From: a virus
Reading direction: 5' to 3' (one strand)
Length of the DNA: 64,000 nucleotides
IMG/VR virus record: IMGVR_UViG_2617270923_000003
Coordinates: 1 to 64,000 of that record
Shown piece after piece: positions 32,808 to 42,511 of the stretch. Both the position numbers and the translations under genes were made by a program. Every line of letters begins with the position of its first letter. Within the stretch, counting starts at the first letter, position 1. The notes beneath the pieces were generated by a model, which was given only the letters and a program-made list of their open reading frames with translations, was not told the origin of the DNA and did no database searches.

Positions 32808-34741
32808 GCTGCAAGCTCCGTGACGCGAGTGGTCTTGTTGGCGAGCTTCTCGACCAGGAGCACCTGCTTGATATGGTCGCGCAGCTCGTTATGGGAGACC
32901 ACGAAGACCGACCCACGTTCGCGTGCCTTTTCCTCCAGAATCTGCATGAGCCGTTCCAGGCCGGACGCATCGAGCGCGTCATCGATTTCGTCGCCGATGA
33001 AAAGGTCAATCGGCTTGGTCGCGCGGGTCGCCACAAGATCCTGCAGCGCGAGAGCTGTCGAGATCCTGACCTTGCGCTTTTCACCACCGGACAGACCCTT
33101 GAAGCTTTCACCGCCCGTCGCGTTGGTCACGTCGATGGTGAACTTCTCCTTTAAATTGCCCTTGGCGTCAGGCGTCAGGGTGTTCCAGGTCGCCTCAATA
33201 TTGCCGTCGGACAGGATCGCCAGGTATTTCGCCGTCTGCGAATTGAGGAACGGCGTCACGTCGTCAAGGATCGTGGCGCGTGCACCGGCAGGTCCGTAGA
33301 CCTTGACGGCCTCGGTTTCGAGCGCGACTTCCGCTTCCTCATCCTTGATCTTCGAGGCAAGCTCGTTGGTCTTGGCCTCAGCGTCGGCTAGCTCCTTGGT
33401 CAGACGGATGACGGTTGCCGCGTGCGGGTTCGCTTCCGCCTGAATTGCGACCAAGCGATCACGCCAAGTCTTGGCCGTGTTCGCAAGACTGACCTGCTTA
33501 CTCACCAGATCGTTGTAGGATGCAAGCTCACGTTCGAATGCAGAGCGCTGGGCAGCGACCGCGCTGATGTCAGTCATACCTGCTGCGAAAATGTCGCGAG
33601 CGGCCACAGCTTCGCTGTGAGCTTCTACCGCAGCCTCGTGATCAGCCTTCGCCTTCACGAGTTCCGCAGCCCTCTCATCGATACGAGCCTTCGCCGAATT
33701 GGTCGTGGCGCGCAGTTCATCTGCGGTCAGCGGGCGACCGCACTCCTTGCAGGGGCAGCCGAGCTGGTGCTGAATGCCGGCAAGTGCAGCTTCGGCCACC
33801 GAATGCTCGCGCGCAACCAAGTCGAACCTGTATGCGGTGTTGTTGACGGCCGTGTGAGCAGCGGCCACCTTGGCGTCATAGGTGCGTAATTCCGCCTGCT
33901 GCGTGCCCACGGCTGCGATCTTCGCATCGCAGTCGGCGATGGAAGCCTCGATCTTGCCCTTGTCGATCGCCTCGATCGATGCCTTGATCGTCTTGAGGTG
34001 CGGAATGATGGCCGCGATCTCATTCTTGGCCTCCGCCTCGCGGACCTTCATCTGGCCTTCCCAAGACCCAAGGGAACTCTTGGCGGAATGAAGCTGGGCA
34101 CGGAGAAAGCCTTCCTGGCTACTTGCCGTCATGTGCTCGGCGTTCGCCGCTTCAAGCTTCTTCTGGGCGGCGAGAAGACCCTTGCGGGCGATCTCATGTG
34201 CGCCTTCGAGCAGGGATGCGCCGGAAGCTTCCTCGATCAGAACCTTCAAGTTCTTGTCGGTCATGCCGGGGAGGTCGGGCATCTGTTCCTGCCCGGCGTA
34301 GATCGACGCCGCAAAAACTTCGAGGCTGGATCCGATAACCTTGTTGGCCTCAATCTGCGTCAGAGCGTCCTTGCCCTTCGTCAGGTCGGTTTCCTTGAAG
34401 CCGTCGAACTGCTTTAATGTGAAGGTGTTCTTGCCGGTCTTGTGCTTACGATAGCGCGTGGCCGTATAGGTCATCGTGCCGTCGATCACGACGGAGCGGA
34501 CGAAGCAGTCCTTCTTGGCATCGCGGTTGATCACGTCATCGCCGGAGACGCCGCGCGCGGTGGTGCCGAACCAGCACCAGCAAAGAGCATCGGGAATGGT
34601 CGACTTGCCGGCGCCATTGGAGTCAGCGGACGTGTCTGCCTGGTTGTCGCCCTGGATCAGGACGAGGCCGCGATCAGCCAGGTTCAGCTTGGCGTTGGTG
34701 ATGGCGAGGAAGTGCTGGATTTCGAGTTCGGGAAACTTCAC
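32804..34741 (-). CDS. SbcC/Rad50-like ATPase (T4 gp46-like)
   Basis: N-terminal Walker A (GAGKST), long coiled-coil with a CxxC hook (CPCKEC), C-terminal ABC signature (LSGGEKRKV) and Walker B/D-loop. Confidence 0.8.
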   Translation of the reverse strand: MKFPELEIQHFLAITNAKLNLADRGLVLIQGDNQADTSADSNGAGKSTIPDALCWCWFGTTARGVSGDDVINRDAKKDCFVRSVVIDGTMTYTATRYRKHKTGKNTFTLKQFDGFKETDLTKGKDALTQIEANKVIGSSLEVFAASIYAGQEQMPDLPGMTDKNLKVLIEEASGASLLEGAHEIARKGLLAAQKKLEAANAEHMTASSQEGFLRAQLHSAKSSLGSWEGQMKVREAEAKNEIAAIIPHLKTIKASIEAIDKGKIEASIADCDAKIAAVGTQQAELRTYDAKVAAAHTAVNNTAYRFDLVAREHSVAEAALAGIQHQLGCPCKECGRPLTADELRATTNSAKARIDERAAELVKAKADHEAAVEAHSEAVAARDIFAAGMTDISAVAAQRSAFERELASYNDLVSKQVSLANTAKTWRDRLVAIQAEANPHAATVIRLTKELADAEAKTNELASKIKDEEAEVALETEAVKVYGPAGARATILDDVTPFLNSQTAKYLAILSDGNIEATWNTLTPDAKGNLKEKFTIDVTNATGGESFKGLSGGEKRKVRISTALALQDLVATRATKPIDLFIGDEIDDALDASGLERLMQILEEKARERGSVFVVSHNELRDHIKQVLLVEKLANKTTRVTELAA

Positions 34742-35013
34742 GGGTCGCTCCTCGTGGTCTGCACCGCAATCGGCACCTGCTTGGTGCAGTTTTTACCGCA
34801 ACTCTCGGCGTGGAAGCCGGTCGTGGTGCCGGAGCAGTTGGAATAGTAGACGTATTCGCCGGCGTCCTTGAACCGATAGACCTTGCAGCCCTCGTATTCG
34901 AACATCTTGGAGACCGGCACGTTCGGATTGTCGCTCTGCCCCGTGGAGACGGGATCCTTGCCACATGCGGCGAGAAGGATCGCGGCGGAAAAGAGTGCGA
35001 GGATTTTCTTCAC
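34738..35013 (-). CDS. lipoprotein (lipobox LAAC; Cys-rich, 91 aa)
   Basis: Signal peptide MKKILALFSAAILLAAC. Located between the sbcD-like and sbcC-like genes. Confidence 0.5.
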   Translation of the reverse strand: MKKILALFSAAILLAACGKDPVSTGQSDNPNVPVSKMFEYEGCKVYRFKDAGEYVYYSNCSGTTTGFHAESCGKNCTKQVPIAVQTTRSDP

Positions 35014-35369
35014 GAACGCGCTCCCGCATTGATCGCGGCTGCCAGATTGCCGGATGCAGCAGCGCTCTGCGCGGCCGCCTTCCCGCTCGGTGCGCTCGTT
35101 GTCGCCAACGGCTTATTCTTCCCGCTCGGGACGGCGCCGCGGAACTCGGTCTTGGCCTTCTTGGCGCCGTGCGAACGCTGAGCTTCGGTCATGTAGTAGG
35201 GCTCGATGCGCCAGTTACCGAACTTCTTGTAGCTCTGGGCCGTCGAAAGCGGCAGGGCGTGCAGCGTCTGCGGATAGTCCATCTCGTATTCGCCGGTCTT
35301 TCGACCCTTTTCATCGAACTTGGACACGACCTGCTTGGTCGTGAAATGCACCGTGTAGAGCTGGGTCAT
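35010..35369 (-). CDS. hypothetical protein (119 aa) with C-terminal ...AAASGNLAAAINAGARS tail
   Basis: The tail is shared, at nucleotide level too, with the 55804..56385 product. Confidence 0.5.
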   Translation of the reverse strand: MTQLYTVHFTTKQVVSKFDEKGRKTGEYEMDYPQTLHALPLSTAQSYKKFGNWRIEPYYMTEAQRSHGAKKAKTEFRGAVPSGKNKPLATTSAPSGKAAAQSAAASGNLAAAINAGARS

Positions 35370-35433
35370 GATGTCGTTTCCTGTATCAAATCAATGCTTT
35401 GATATGTTTTGACATATCAGCGAATGGAGTTCG

Positions 35434-36528
35434 TCAGGCTTCTTCGAAGATCGAGCGGCTTTCATCCAGGATCGCCTGGCACCGCTTCTTGAGCTTCTCC
35501 TTGTCGATCGATGCCGGGATCGCCTTGGCCGTGTCGATGAAGTTCGCGACCGACTGGTCGATCGTCAGCCCCTTGGATGCAGCAGCCGACGGACGAGTGG
35601 CGACCGTGGTCTTCGGAACCTCGATCGAGACACCGAGAGCACCCCACTTGCGGAACTGGTCGCGGAGCTCGTTGATTTCGGCCTGGGTCATGGTCGGGCC
35701 GCGGAAGCGGACGTAATTGCCGCGGCACTCGATCTCCATGTCCGTCTCGTCGAGACCGGTCAGATCGGTGAACTTCGGTGCGCGGGTATCGTGGAACGAC
35801 ACCGCGTCGCTATCGGTATCGACCATCAAGAAGCCGGCACGAGTGCCAACATCGCCCCAATTGTGATGAGTGGTCGCGCCGATCGACACGACTGCGCCGT
35901 CTTCGAAGATGACGTGGTTATGGTAGTGGCCGGCATAAATGCGCTTGAAGCCAAACTTAGCCAAGTCGGCTGAGGTCAGACCGTGCGCCGGCATACCAGA
36001 CAGAACACCGTCGATACCTGCATGGATAAAGACGTGCATATCTGCGTGGGCGGGATGCGCCGACAGGTCGCCCAGATCTTCGAGAAGATCCTTGAGTGCC
36101 GCGCGCCACGGCACGAAGCCGAACCACTGGCCTTCGACCTGGAAGGACGTGACCTGATTGTAGCAGCGGAACATGCCGCCCGCGATCGAGATCTGGGCAA
36201 GGTTCTCGATCTGCGAGGACAGCGCACGACTATCCTTCGACTTCAAATCGTGGTTGCCGGGAATCGCGTGAATATCGATTCCCATGTTGAGAATTTCTTC
36301 GACGGTCGCGCGCAGCGGGTTCAGCACTTCCGGATCAATCGATCCGCGCGTGTGGAAGATGTCACCGGCGATGAACATGCTCTTGCCGCCCTGCGCCTGC
36401 AGGGTCAGCGCCGCGCGCTGCAGCTCGGAGAGGATGAGCGACAGACGGGTGTTGATACCGTCCACTCCAGTCGAGGAGTAAACGGTCGAGCCATAGGCGT
36501 GAATGTCAGCGAGGACAGCGAAGTGCAT
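35434..36528 (-). CDS. SbcD/Mre11-like nuclease (T4 gp47-like)
   Basis: Calcineurin-like phosphoesterase motifs (DIH; GDIFH; GNHD; ...H.H). Confidence 0.8.
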   Translation of the reverse strand: MHFAVLADIHAYGSTVYSSTGVDGINTRLSLILSELQRAALTLQAQGGKSMFIAGDIFHTRGSIDPEVLNPLRATVEEILNMGIDIHAIPGNHDLKSKDSRALSSQIENLAQISIAGGMFRCYNQVTSFQVEGQWFGFVPWRAALKDLLEDLGDLSAHPAHADMHVFIHAGIDGVLSGMPAHGLTSADLAKFGFKRIYAGHYHNHVIFEDGAVVSIGATTHHNWGDVGTRAGFLMVDTDSDAVSFHDTRAPKFTDLTGLDETDMEIECRGNYVRFRGPTMTQAEINELRDQFRKWGALGVSIEVPKTTVATRPSAAASKGLTIDQSVANFIDTAKAIPASIDKEKLKKRCQAILDESRSIFEEA

Positions 36529-36540
36529 TGCGATACCTTT

Positions 36541-36574
36541 CTAAGTAATTACTTACTTACTTATTCACTTATAG
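36541..36574 (-). promoter_or_regulatory. promoter/operator cassette copy (TAAGTAAttacTTACTTACTTA..CTTATAGCG)
   Basis: Upstream of the sbcD-like gene. Confidence 0.5.
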
Positions 36575-36613
36575 CGAAACGCGCGTGGGAGTGCGTCAGG
36601 TATAGAGCGGGAC

Positions 36614-37066
36614 TTAAAAGGTCGTCTTGCCGGCAAGCTTGATGAAGTGCTTGTGGTTGACGTAGTGCTGCATGGCGCCGCCCCGCTTCTCGTAGTTGCG
36701 GAACGTGAACTTGGTCGGATCCATGCAGGTTTCGAGCGTCGTGATATAGATCATGCCGCCTCGTTCGCGCTCGATGACGCCAACGTATTTCACCTTTTTG
36801 AGCCGAAACTCCAGCAGGTGATCGTGATCAAAGGCCCATTCTTCCTTGTTGAGGGCCATTGCTGCGGAGATGTTTGGCTCTCCGCAGCAGAAAATTTCGC
36901 CACGCCAGCGCCGAGCCAGGTAGCAGAGATCGCCGTTAGACAACTCGTAAACCGCTCCAATAGTGCGGGAGCTGCGCTTCACGACCCATTTCACGTTCGC
37001 CTTCGAGAACCGGCGCTGCGGCGGGCGTGGAAACTTCCGTTTCGCTGCCATTCGGGAGGACTCCAT
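36614..37066 (-). CDS. hypothetical protein (start uncertain; the longest ORF overlaps the upstream gene)
   Basis: 150-aa ORF with a 130-nt out-of-frame overlap with ORF 36936..37517. Confidence 0.35.
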   Translation of the reverse strand: MESSRMAAKRKFPRPPQRRFSKANVKWVVKRSSRTIGAVYELSNGDLCYLARRWRGEIFCCGEPNISAAMALNKEEWAFDHDHLLEFRLKKVKYVGVIERERGGMIYITTLETCMDPTKFTFRNYEKRGGAMQHYVNHKHFIKLAGKTTF

Positions 37067-37481
37067 TCCAATCGTAGATGCCCTGGGCGCCGCGGATCGG
37101 GATCGGATGCTCCAACGTCATCAGGTTCGCCAAGCGCCAGGCAAAGTTCCCGCGCTCCCAATGACCGTATGCCTTCTCCTCGTCAGACACTTCCTCCATG
37201 AACTCTTCCGTCATGAGGCAGCATTCTTCGATCATCACCGTGCCAAGTAGATAGCCGCAGGGCAGGGTGTCGAGAGGAGGCATTCCGGTCGTCGCATAGT
37301 AATGAGCGAACCGTTCGTCCTCGAAATAGGCGCGCTGCGCTGGCTTCAAACCCTTGGTGGAGGCAATACCGATAGTTTGACCAATGATGGAAGCCGGCGC
37401 AGGCCAGGTGCGTGTTTCAAAAGTCTTGAAGCCCTTCACCGCTAACGAGGCGAAGGGCTGCCAGATGGATATTACTTTCAT
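36936..37481 (-). CDS. ASCH/PUA-like domain protein (tentative)
   Basis: Start MKVISIWQPFASLAVKGFKTFETR resembles the ASCH beta-barrel N-terminus. Confidence 0.45.
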   Translation of the reverse strand: MKVISIWQPFASLAVKGFKTFETRTWPAPASIIGQTIGIASTKGLKPAQRAYFEDERFAHYYATTGMPPLDTLPCGYLLGTVMIEECCLMTEEFMEEVSDEEKAYGHWERGNFAWRLANLMTLEHPIPIRGAQGIYDWNGVLPNGSETEVSTPAAAPVLEGEREMGREAQLPHYWSGLRVV

Positions 37482-37548
37482 GCTCTGCCCGACTTGCTGT
37501 TCGTGTTTACAGATCACTTATAGCAAGTCGGGCGAGGGAGTGCAGGGA

Positions 37549-38667
37549 TTAGGCAGCTTCCTTCGTCTCTTCCGAGACGAGAGCTGCGAGTTCGACATCC
37601 GCAACAACAGGCGGCTTGTAGGCGGCCGGCAGCAGTGCGCGCAGCTTGGCAAAGCCAGTCGGACCTTCTGCTTCGATCTGACGAGCCAGATTCTCGCGGG
37701 CGATCTCCTTGCCTTCCCAAAAGACAAAGCCCTTCCGAACTTCCTTGCCATCCGGCTTGGTGGTCGGGAACAGCTTCTCTTCGTTCAGGAACTCGATCAG
37801 GCTGCGTTCTACGTCAAAGCGACCAGTGCCATCGGGCTGGAACATGAAGCGCCACTTGGCCTTGGCGAAGGGCCGAGCGACCTTGTTCTTTACGAACATG
37901 CCCGACACTTCCATACCGAGAACGTCACCGTTAGGGCCCTTGATCTGGGCGGCCGACAGCCACAGGCGCTGCGAGAAATAGAACTCAGGCGCGTCGCCGC
38001 CCGTAGTCTTGCGGGGATCACCGAACACGACGCCGATCTTCTTGCGCATCTGGTTCAAGAAGATGACCAGAACGTCATACTTTTCGGCAATCATCGCAAT
38101 AGCCGGGAAGTGGGCTGACGTTGCACGAGCCAGCGCCGTGTTGTCGTTCATGTTGCGCTCAGCCGCCTCACGAGCATTGCCCTTGGCGTCCTGCAGGACC
38201 GACTGCGGAACCATAGCAGCCAGACTGTCGAAGACCCACACAATAGGAGCGTCCTTGGCGATCAACTTCTTATCGCGGATCAAGGCGACGGTCTTATGGA
38301 AGGTATCGACAGACTGTTCGAAGGTTTCCGGCTTCTTATAGATGAAGATGCCGGGCGTGGTATCGAGACCGATCTTTTTCGCGACCGACGACATAAACGA
38401 GCGCTCATGATCCATAAACGCTGCGATGCCGCCTGCCTTCTGCGCTGCGGTCATCAATGCAGTCGCGATTGCAGTCTTGCCGGACGACGGCGGACCGGCG
38501 ATTTCGATCACGCGGCCGACAGGGCCACCGTTGTCCCAATTGGCGCTCGATGCGTTGTTGAGGGGCGGAAAGCCAGTATCGAGGAAGTGCTTAACGCTTG
38601 CCTCCGGGTCATTCGCGCCAATGACGCCAGCCAGCGCCTTCATGATATCTTCGGGCTTGCTCATGTT
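37549..38667 (-). CDS. uvsX: RecA-like recombinase (UvsX-like)
   Basis: Start MSKPEDIMKAL with AAGGAGAA RBS. Walker A GPPSSGKT, Walker B and L1/L2-like loops. Confidence 0.8.
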   Translation of the reverse strand, partial: NMSKPEDIMKALAGVIGANDPEASVKHFLDTGFPPLNNASSANWDNGGPVGRVIEIAGPPSSGKTAIATALMTAAQKAGGIAAFMDHERSFMSSVAKKIGLDTTPGIFIYKKPETFEQSVDTFHKTVALIRDKKLIAKDAPIVWVFDSLAAMVPQSVLQDAKGNAREAAERNMNDNTALARATSAHFPAIAMIAEKYDVLVIFLNQMRKKIGVVFGDPRKTTGGDAPEFYFSQRLWLSAAQIKGPNGDVLGMEVSGMFVKNKVARPFAKAKWRFMFQPDGTGRFDVERSLIEFLNEEKLFPTTKPDGKEVRKGFVFWEGKEIARENLARQIEAEGPTGFAKLRALLPAAYKPPVVADVELAALVSEETKEAA

Positions 38668-38683
38668 TTCTCCTTCGTAAAAT

Positions 38684-39634
38684 CTAAGCGGCAAGCGCCT
38701 GACGAGGCGCTCGGAATGCAGGAAAGACGGAGATCCAGTCGTCGAAGTCCTTGAGGATCGACTTGAAAAGCAGGATCTCGCAGAACTGACGAAACTTGTC
38801 GGCGTCGGGCGTGCCTTTATCGACCTCAAGCGCCTGGGGCGCGGGACGCGCCGTGGTGCGCAGATCCACAAGATCGATGTTGCGGGAGAAGGTGATCGCC
38901 TTGTTCTCGTCTTCGACCAGGTTGCGATACTTCTTCGGCACGCCCTTAAGATCGATAGACTTGTCGAGGATCACGCCATTGGTGAAGTTGGCGACGGAGC
39001 CATACTGCTTGATGAACTCGATCGCGCCCTTCTCGCCGATGCCACCCACGCCGGCCACGTTGTCGCCCTGGTCGCCGCACAGCGCCTTAACCTCGACGAA
39101 CTGACGCACGGTCTCGACACCGGTGAAATCCTGAAAGGTCTTCTGCGTGACGAGCCGGTCGTTGGCGAAATCCTTCCAGACGACACCAGGCCCGACGAGC
39201 TGAAGCCAGTCCTTGTCGCCTGTGAGCAGGATGATACGGCTGCCGGTCTTCGTGTAGCGGTCGGTCAGGATCGCCCCGAGGTCGTCAGCTTCCATGTTGA
39301 GCGACCAGACCTGGGGAATGCCGAGAAACCGGAGAGCCTTCTTGATATAGGGCACCTGCTTCTTGTAGGCGTCCTTCATCTCCTGCATCCGGATCTCGTT
39401 CTTCGTCTCCTTCCGGTCCCGGTTCTCCTTGTATTCGGCGAACATCAGCTTGCGCCAGGACACGCCGTCCCACAGAACGACCGGCTGGTAATCCTGAAAA
39501 CTTGCAACGTGCGACCGGACCCCCTTCAACAGATGATAGATCGCCTGGACCTGGGTCTCTCCGATCGAGAGCGGCTTGGAATTGTTGTAATAGTGACCGA
39601 GCGAGTTGCCGTCGATCAACGTGTAATTGGTCAT
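38684..39634 (-). CDS. rnh: 5'-3' exonuclease / flap endonuclease (T4 RNase H-like)
   Basis: PIN-like N-terminus (LIDGNSL; EADD; TGDKDWLQLV) and H3TH (LCGDQGDNVAGVGGIGEKGA). Confidence 0.8.
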   Translation of the reverse strand: MTNYTLIDGNSLGHYYNNSKPLSIGETQVQAIYHLLKGVRSHVASFQDYQPVVLWDGVSWRKLMFAEYKENRDRKETKNEIRMQEMKDAYKKQVPYIKKALRFLGIPQVWSLNMEADDLGAILTDRYTKTGSRIILLTGDKDWLQLVGPGVVWKDFANDRLVTQKTFQDFTGVETVRQFVEVKALCGDQGDNVAGVGGIGEKGAIEFIKQYGSVANFTNGVILDKSIDLKGVPKKYRNLVEDENKAITFSRNIDLVDLRTTARPAPQALEVDKGTPDADKFRQFCEILLFKSILKDFDDWISVFPAFRAPRQALAA

Positions 39635-39751
39635 TGAAACCTCGCAAGAGAAAGGCGACGACGCCGGGAGGAAAGGCGTCGTCGCAAAGCCTCATCCGCG
39701 ACGATGAGGCGGCCAGAGCGGGGAGGGGACGACCCGCTCGGCAGATGCTGA

Positions 39752-40786
39752 TCACACGAGGTTATCGAGCTCAGCGAGGATCGCGTCCTGTTCGGAGACA
39801 GGCAGCGAGGAGATGCCGGACGCGGGAGCCGCGGTCTCGGCCGGAGCAGGCGCCGGCGTTTCAAGCGCGGCGAGCTCGGCGGCTGCTTCCTGCTGGCGAC
39901 GCAGGATTTCGGCCTTGCGGGCTTCGATCGCCGGATCGACTACAGGTGCGGCTGCGGTCTCGACCGGAGCGGCAGCAGTCTGTGCAGCGGCGGGTGCCGA
40001 TGCGGTAGAAGCGTCGGCGACGGCAGCAGCCGACGAAGACAGAGCGGCAGTCGGCGTGCGGACACCGGCAGCAGTTGCAGGACCGGTCAGAGCCGGAACG
40101 GCGACGCCTGCAATCTGGGCGATGCAGTTGAGCGCCTTCTGTTCCTCACCGCGGAAGAAGTTCTGCGCGATGAATTCGTGCAGGTCCGTCGTGCGGCCGA
40201 GAACGTCCGGAGCAACCGGCTTCGGCGGAGCAGGATCGACCATCACTTCATACTTGGTGTTGAGCCCCTTGCCGGTCTTGGTGATGATAATATCAACACC
40301 GGACAACGGGTCGGTGATGTCCTTACCAGCGTCGTCGTAGACGTTGATCAGATCCATAACCTTACCGAAGGTCGTGCTGGTCAGTTCGAGAACGACCGGA
40401 TCCTCACCGGAAGAGCGGTCGACAACATTGAGAAGGACCGACTTCTTGGCCTTCCACTCGTTGTAGAGCTCCTTGGATTCCTCATCCATTGCCGAGTTGA
40501 TCGCCATCTCGATAGCGGTGTTCAGGACGGAGGGCTGCTGGTAAACGGTGTCGCAGTCGCCAACGACGGCGAGCGGCTTGCCGTTCTTGTCAGCCTTGAT
40601 CCAGTGAACGCCGAGATCGGCCCAATACTGGCCGGAAGGAGGGACCCAGGATGCCTGGGCAGAAGTCGGTGCGAGAACGCGATATGCGTTACGACCATCC
40701 TTCGGCTTGACGGTCTTCTGGTTGTTGGAAGAATACTTGTTCTTCGCGCTGGAGACCATCTTCTTCAATTCGGGGCTAAGTGCCAT
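39752..40786 (-). CDS. gp32-like single-stranded DNA-binding protein (tentative)
   Basis: 344 aa. The N-terminal region resembles the T4 gp32 core (..GRNAYRVLAP..). There is a long Ala/Pro-rich linker and an acidic C-terminus (EQDAILAELDNLV). Position matches T4: next to rnh/uvsX. Confidence 0.55.
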   Translation of the reverse strand: MALSPELKKMVSSAKNKYSSNNQKTVKPKDGRNAYRVLAPTSAQASWVPPSGQYWADLGVHWIKADKNGKPLAVVGDCDTVYQQPSVLNTAIEMAINSAMDEESKELYNEWKAKKSVLLNVVDRSSGEDPVVLELTSTTFGKVMDLINVYDDAGKDITDPLSGVDIIITKTGKGLNTKYEVMVDPAPPKPVAPDVLGRTTDLHEFIAQNFFRGEEQKALNCIAQIAGVAVPALTGPATAAGVRTPTAALSSSAAAVADASTASAPAAAQTAAAPVETAAAPVVDPAIEARKAEILRRQQEAAAELAALETPAPAPAETAAPASGISSLPVSEQDAILAELDNLV

Positions 40787-40905
40787 ATGCGTAGTTCCTT
40801 ACTGCTTTGTGCTTTGGTGCTTTCGACTTGCCTCGACAGCTATTTAGCTATCTAGCTGTTTACTTATAGCGACGTGTCGATGGGATCGCTCAAGTTCCCG
40901 ACGGA

Positions 40906-41169
40906 TCAGGCTGCCTTGCGGGCAGGGCGGATCAGTCCAGAATTCTTCCAATTGTTCGACAGTTCGGCTGCATCAGCCGCTTCGAGACGTGCGGCTTCTG
41001 CCTTCTCGGCTGCCGCCTTGGCACGCTTGTCGGCCTTTTCAGCCCTTGCCGTGTGGAGCTTTTCGAGCGTATCGAGGTCGCGGACGACCTTGCTCTGACG
41101 GCTTACAACGCGGTCGATGGTCAGTTCGAGACCAAGAACCTTGCGCAGGTATGCGATAAACTGTTCCAT
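40906..41169 (-). CDS. hypothetical protein (87 aa)
   Basis: ORF downstream of the promoter cassette at 41197-41225. Confidence 0.45.
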   Translation of the reverse strand: MEQFIAYLRKVLGLELTIDRVVSRQSKVVRDLDTLEKLHTARAEKADKRAKAAAEKAEAARLEAADAAELSNNWKNSGLIRPARKAA

Positions 41170-41196
41170 GAGGATCTTCCTTTGGAGGGCGTCACA

Positions 41197-41225
41197 CTAA
41201 GTAAGTGCTTACTTACTTTATAGCG
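41197..41225 (-). promoter_or_regulatory. promoter/operator cassette copy (TAAGTAAgtgcTTACTTACTTTATAGCG)
   Basis: Upstream of the 40906..41169 gene. Confidence 0.5.
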
Positions 41226-41245
41226 TAAATGACGACGGATTGCAC

Positions 41246-41821
41246 TTAATTCTGAGAATTTTCTGCGGCTGCGTTTCCGGCATTCCGACGCGCCAGGCGG
41301 TCGAGGGCAATGATCTTGGACGCTTCAAGAGCATCCTCGCGGGCCGAGCGTTCGCGGATCGACAGCTCGCCCTTCATCTCCTCACGGGAGATCAGCCCCT
41401 GCTGCACGAGCATGTCACGACGATGGCGGAAAGCCTCAACTGCGGTCTTGCCAATGGACTCGATCCGCTTGGCCTCGTTGAGCGCCTTCTTCATGGAGAT
41501 GACGCGAGGATGGCGCGCGACCTTGGCCGCGATCGCGGACTCGGTGATCTTCTCGCTGGCAGCCGCAAGTTCGTTGCGAATGATCTGCTGGACGGCAGCC
41601 TCGGTATTCTCGACCAGCATCTTCACAACGTCGGTCTGCTTGGCAGCTTCCGCAGCCAGGACGCCGTAATGTGAGAACATGGATGCCTGCTGCATCATGG
41701 CGTCGGTCAGGTTGTTAGGAGAGTAGGCGAGATCGCGCCTCAATTCTGCGGCGTCAATGAAGTCGCGGACCTGGTAAACAGTCAGCTCCTTCCCTGCATC
41801 GCCAGTCGTGGGCTTGGTCAT
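41246..41821 (-). CDS. hypothetical protein (191 aa)
   Basis: ORF; helical; no family recognised. Confidence 0.5.
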   Translation of the reverse strand: MTKPTTGDAGKELTVYQVRDFIDAAELRRDLAYSPNNLTDAMMQQASMFSHYGVLAAEAAKQTDVVKMLVENTEAAVQQIIRNELAAASEKITESAIAAKVARHPRVISMKKALNEAKRIESIGKTAVEAFRHRRDMLVQQGLISREEMKGELSIRERSAREDALEASKIIALDRLARRNAGNAAAENSQN

Positions 41822-41878
41822 GTCTGGTTTCCTTCTTTGATGCTAGAATTATAGCGATCTGACGATCGGAGCGCGCAT

Positions 41879-42511
41879 TTAGAAAGCGCCGAAAATCTCG
41901 TTCTGCTGGTAGTGCTGTTCGCGCACCTCAGCCTCGGCCAGTTCTTTTTCGAGCTTGCGCTTGTGGTTCTCCATCTGGAAAGCAAGCTCGCGCACGTGGC
42001 GCATCTTCTCTTCACGCTGGAGTTCCCTCTCGGCCGCGATATCTGCCGGCGAGACGGCGATGCCATGCGAGGCCAGCCCGAGCTTCTTCTGCCATTCATC
42101 GATCGCGGCCAGACGTTCGCTTTCCTGCATGTCGTTCCACTCCTCGATCTCAAACTGTTCGAGCACCTTGTCGCCGTCGTTCATGACGGACCGCAGCATC
42201 GGGTGCCTACCCTTCGGCTGCCACCAGTCCGGTGCGGGCTGGTAGTAATACTGCGTCGGCGTCAGGGGCATTCCGCGCCATGTCATGAACGTGCCTAAGA
42301 CCCTGGCGTTTTCGTTAGGCAACCTCATCTTGCCGTAGGTCATAGGAACGGGCGTGGGATCAGCCGTGGGCTTGCTCTCGACCGGCTCTTCGCCCACAGC
42401 GGACAACGACTCCAAGATCCGCTGAAGGAAGCCCTTCTTGGGCTTCTCCAACGCGGTCAGGCTTGCAACATAAGTCGGACGCATGATCTCAATCCCTCCG
42501 TTCCAAATCAT
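41879..42511 (-). CDS. hypothetical protein (210 aa) ending ...QQNEIFGAF; ATGA-coupled downstream of dnaE
   Basis: ORF with a Trp-rich central region and a C-terminal coiled-coil. Confidence 0.5.
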   Translation of the reverse strand: MIWNGGIEIMRPTYVASLTALEKPKKGFLQRILESLSAVGEEPVESKPTADPTPVPMTYGKMRLPNENARVLGTFMTWRGMPLTPTQYYYQPAPDWWQPKGRHPMLRSVMNDGDKVLEQFEIEEWNDMQESERLAAIDEWQKKLGLASHGIAVSPADIAAERELQREEKMRHVRELAFQMENHKRKLEKELAEAEVREQHYQQNEIFGAF

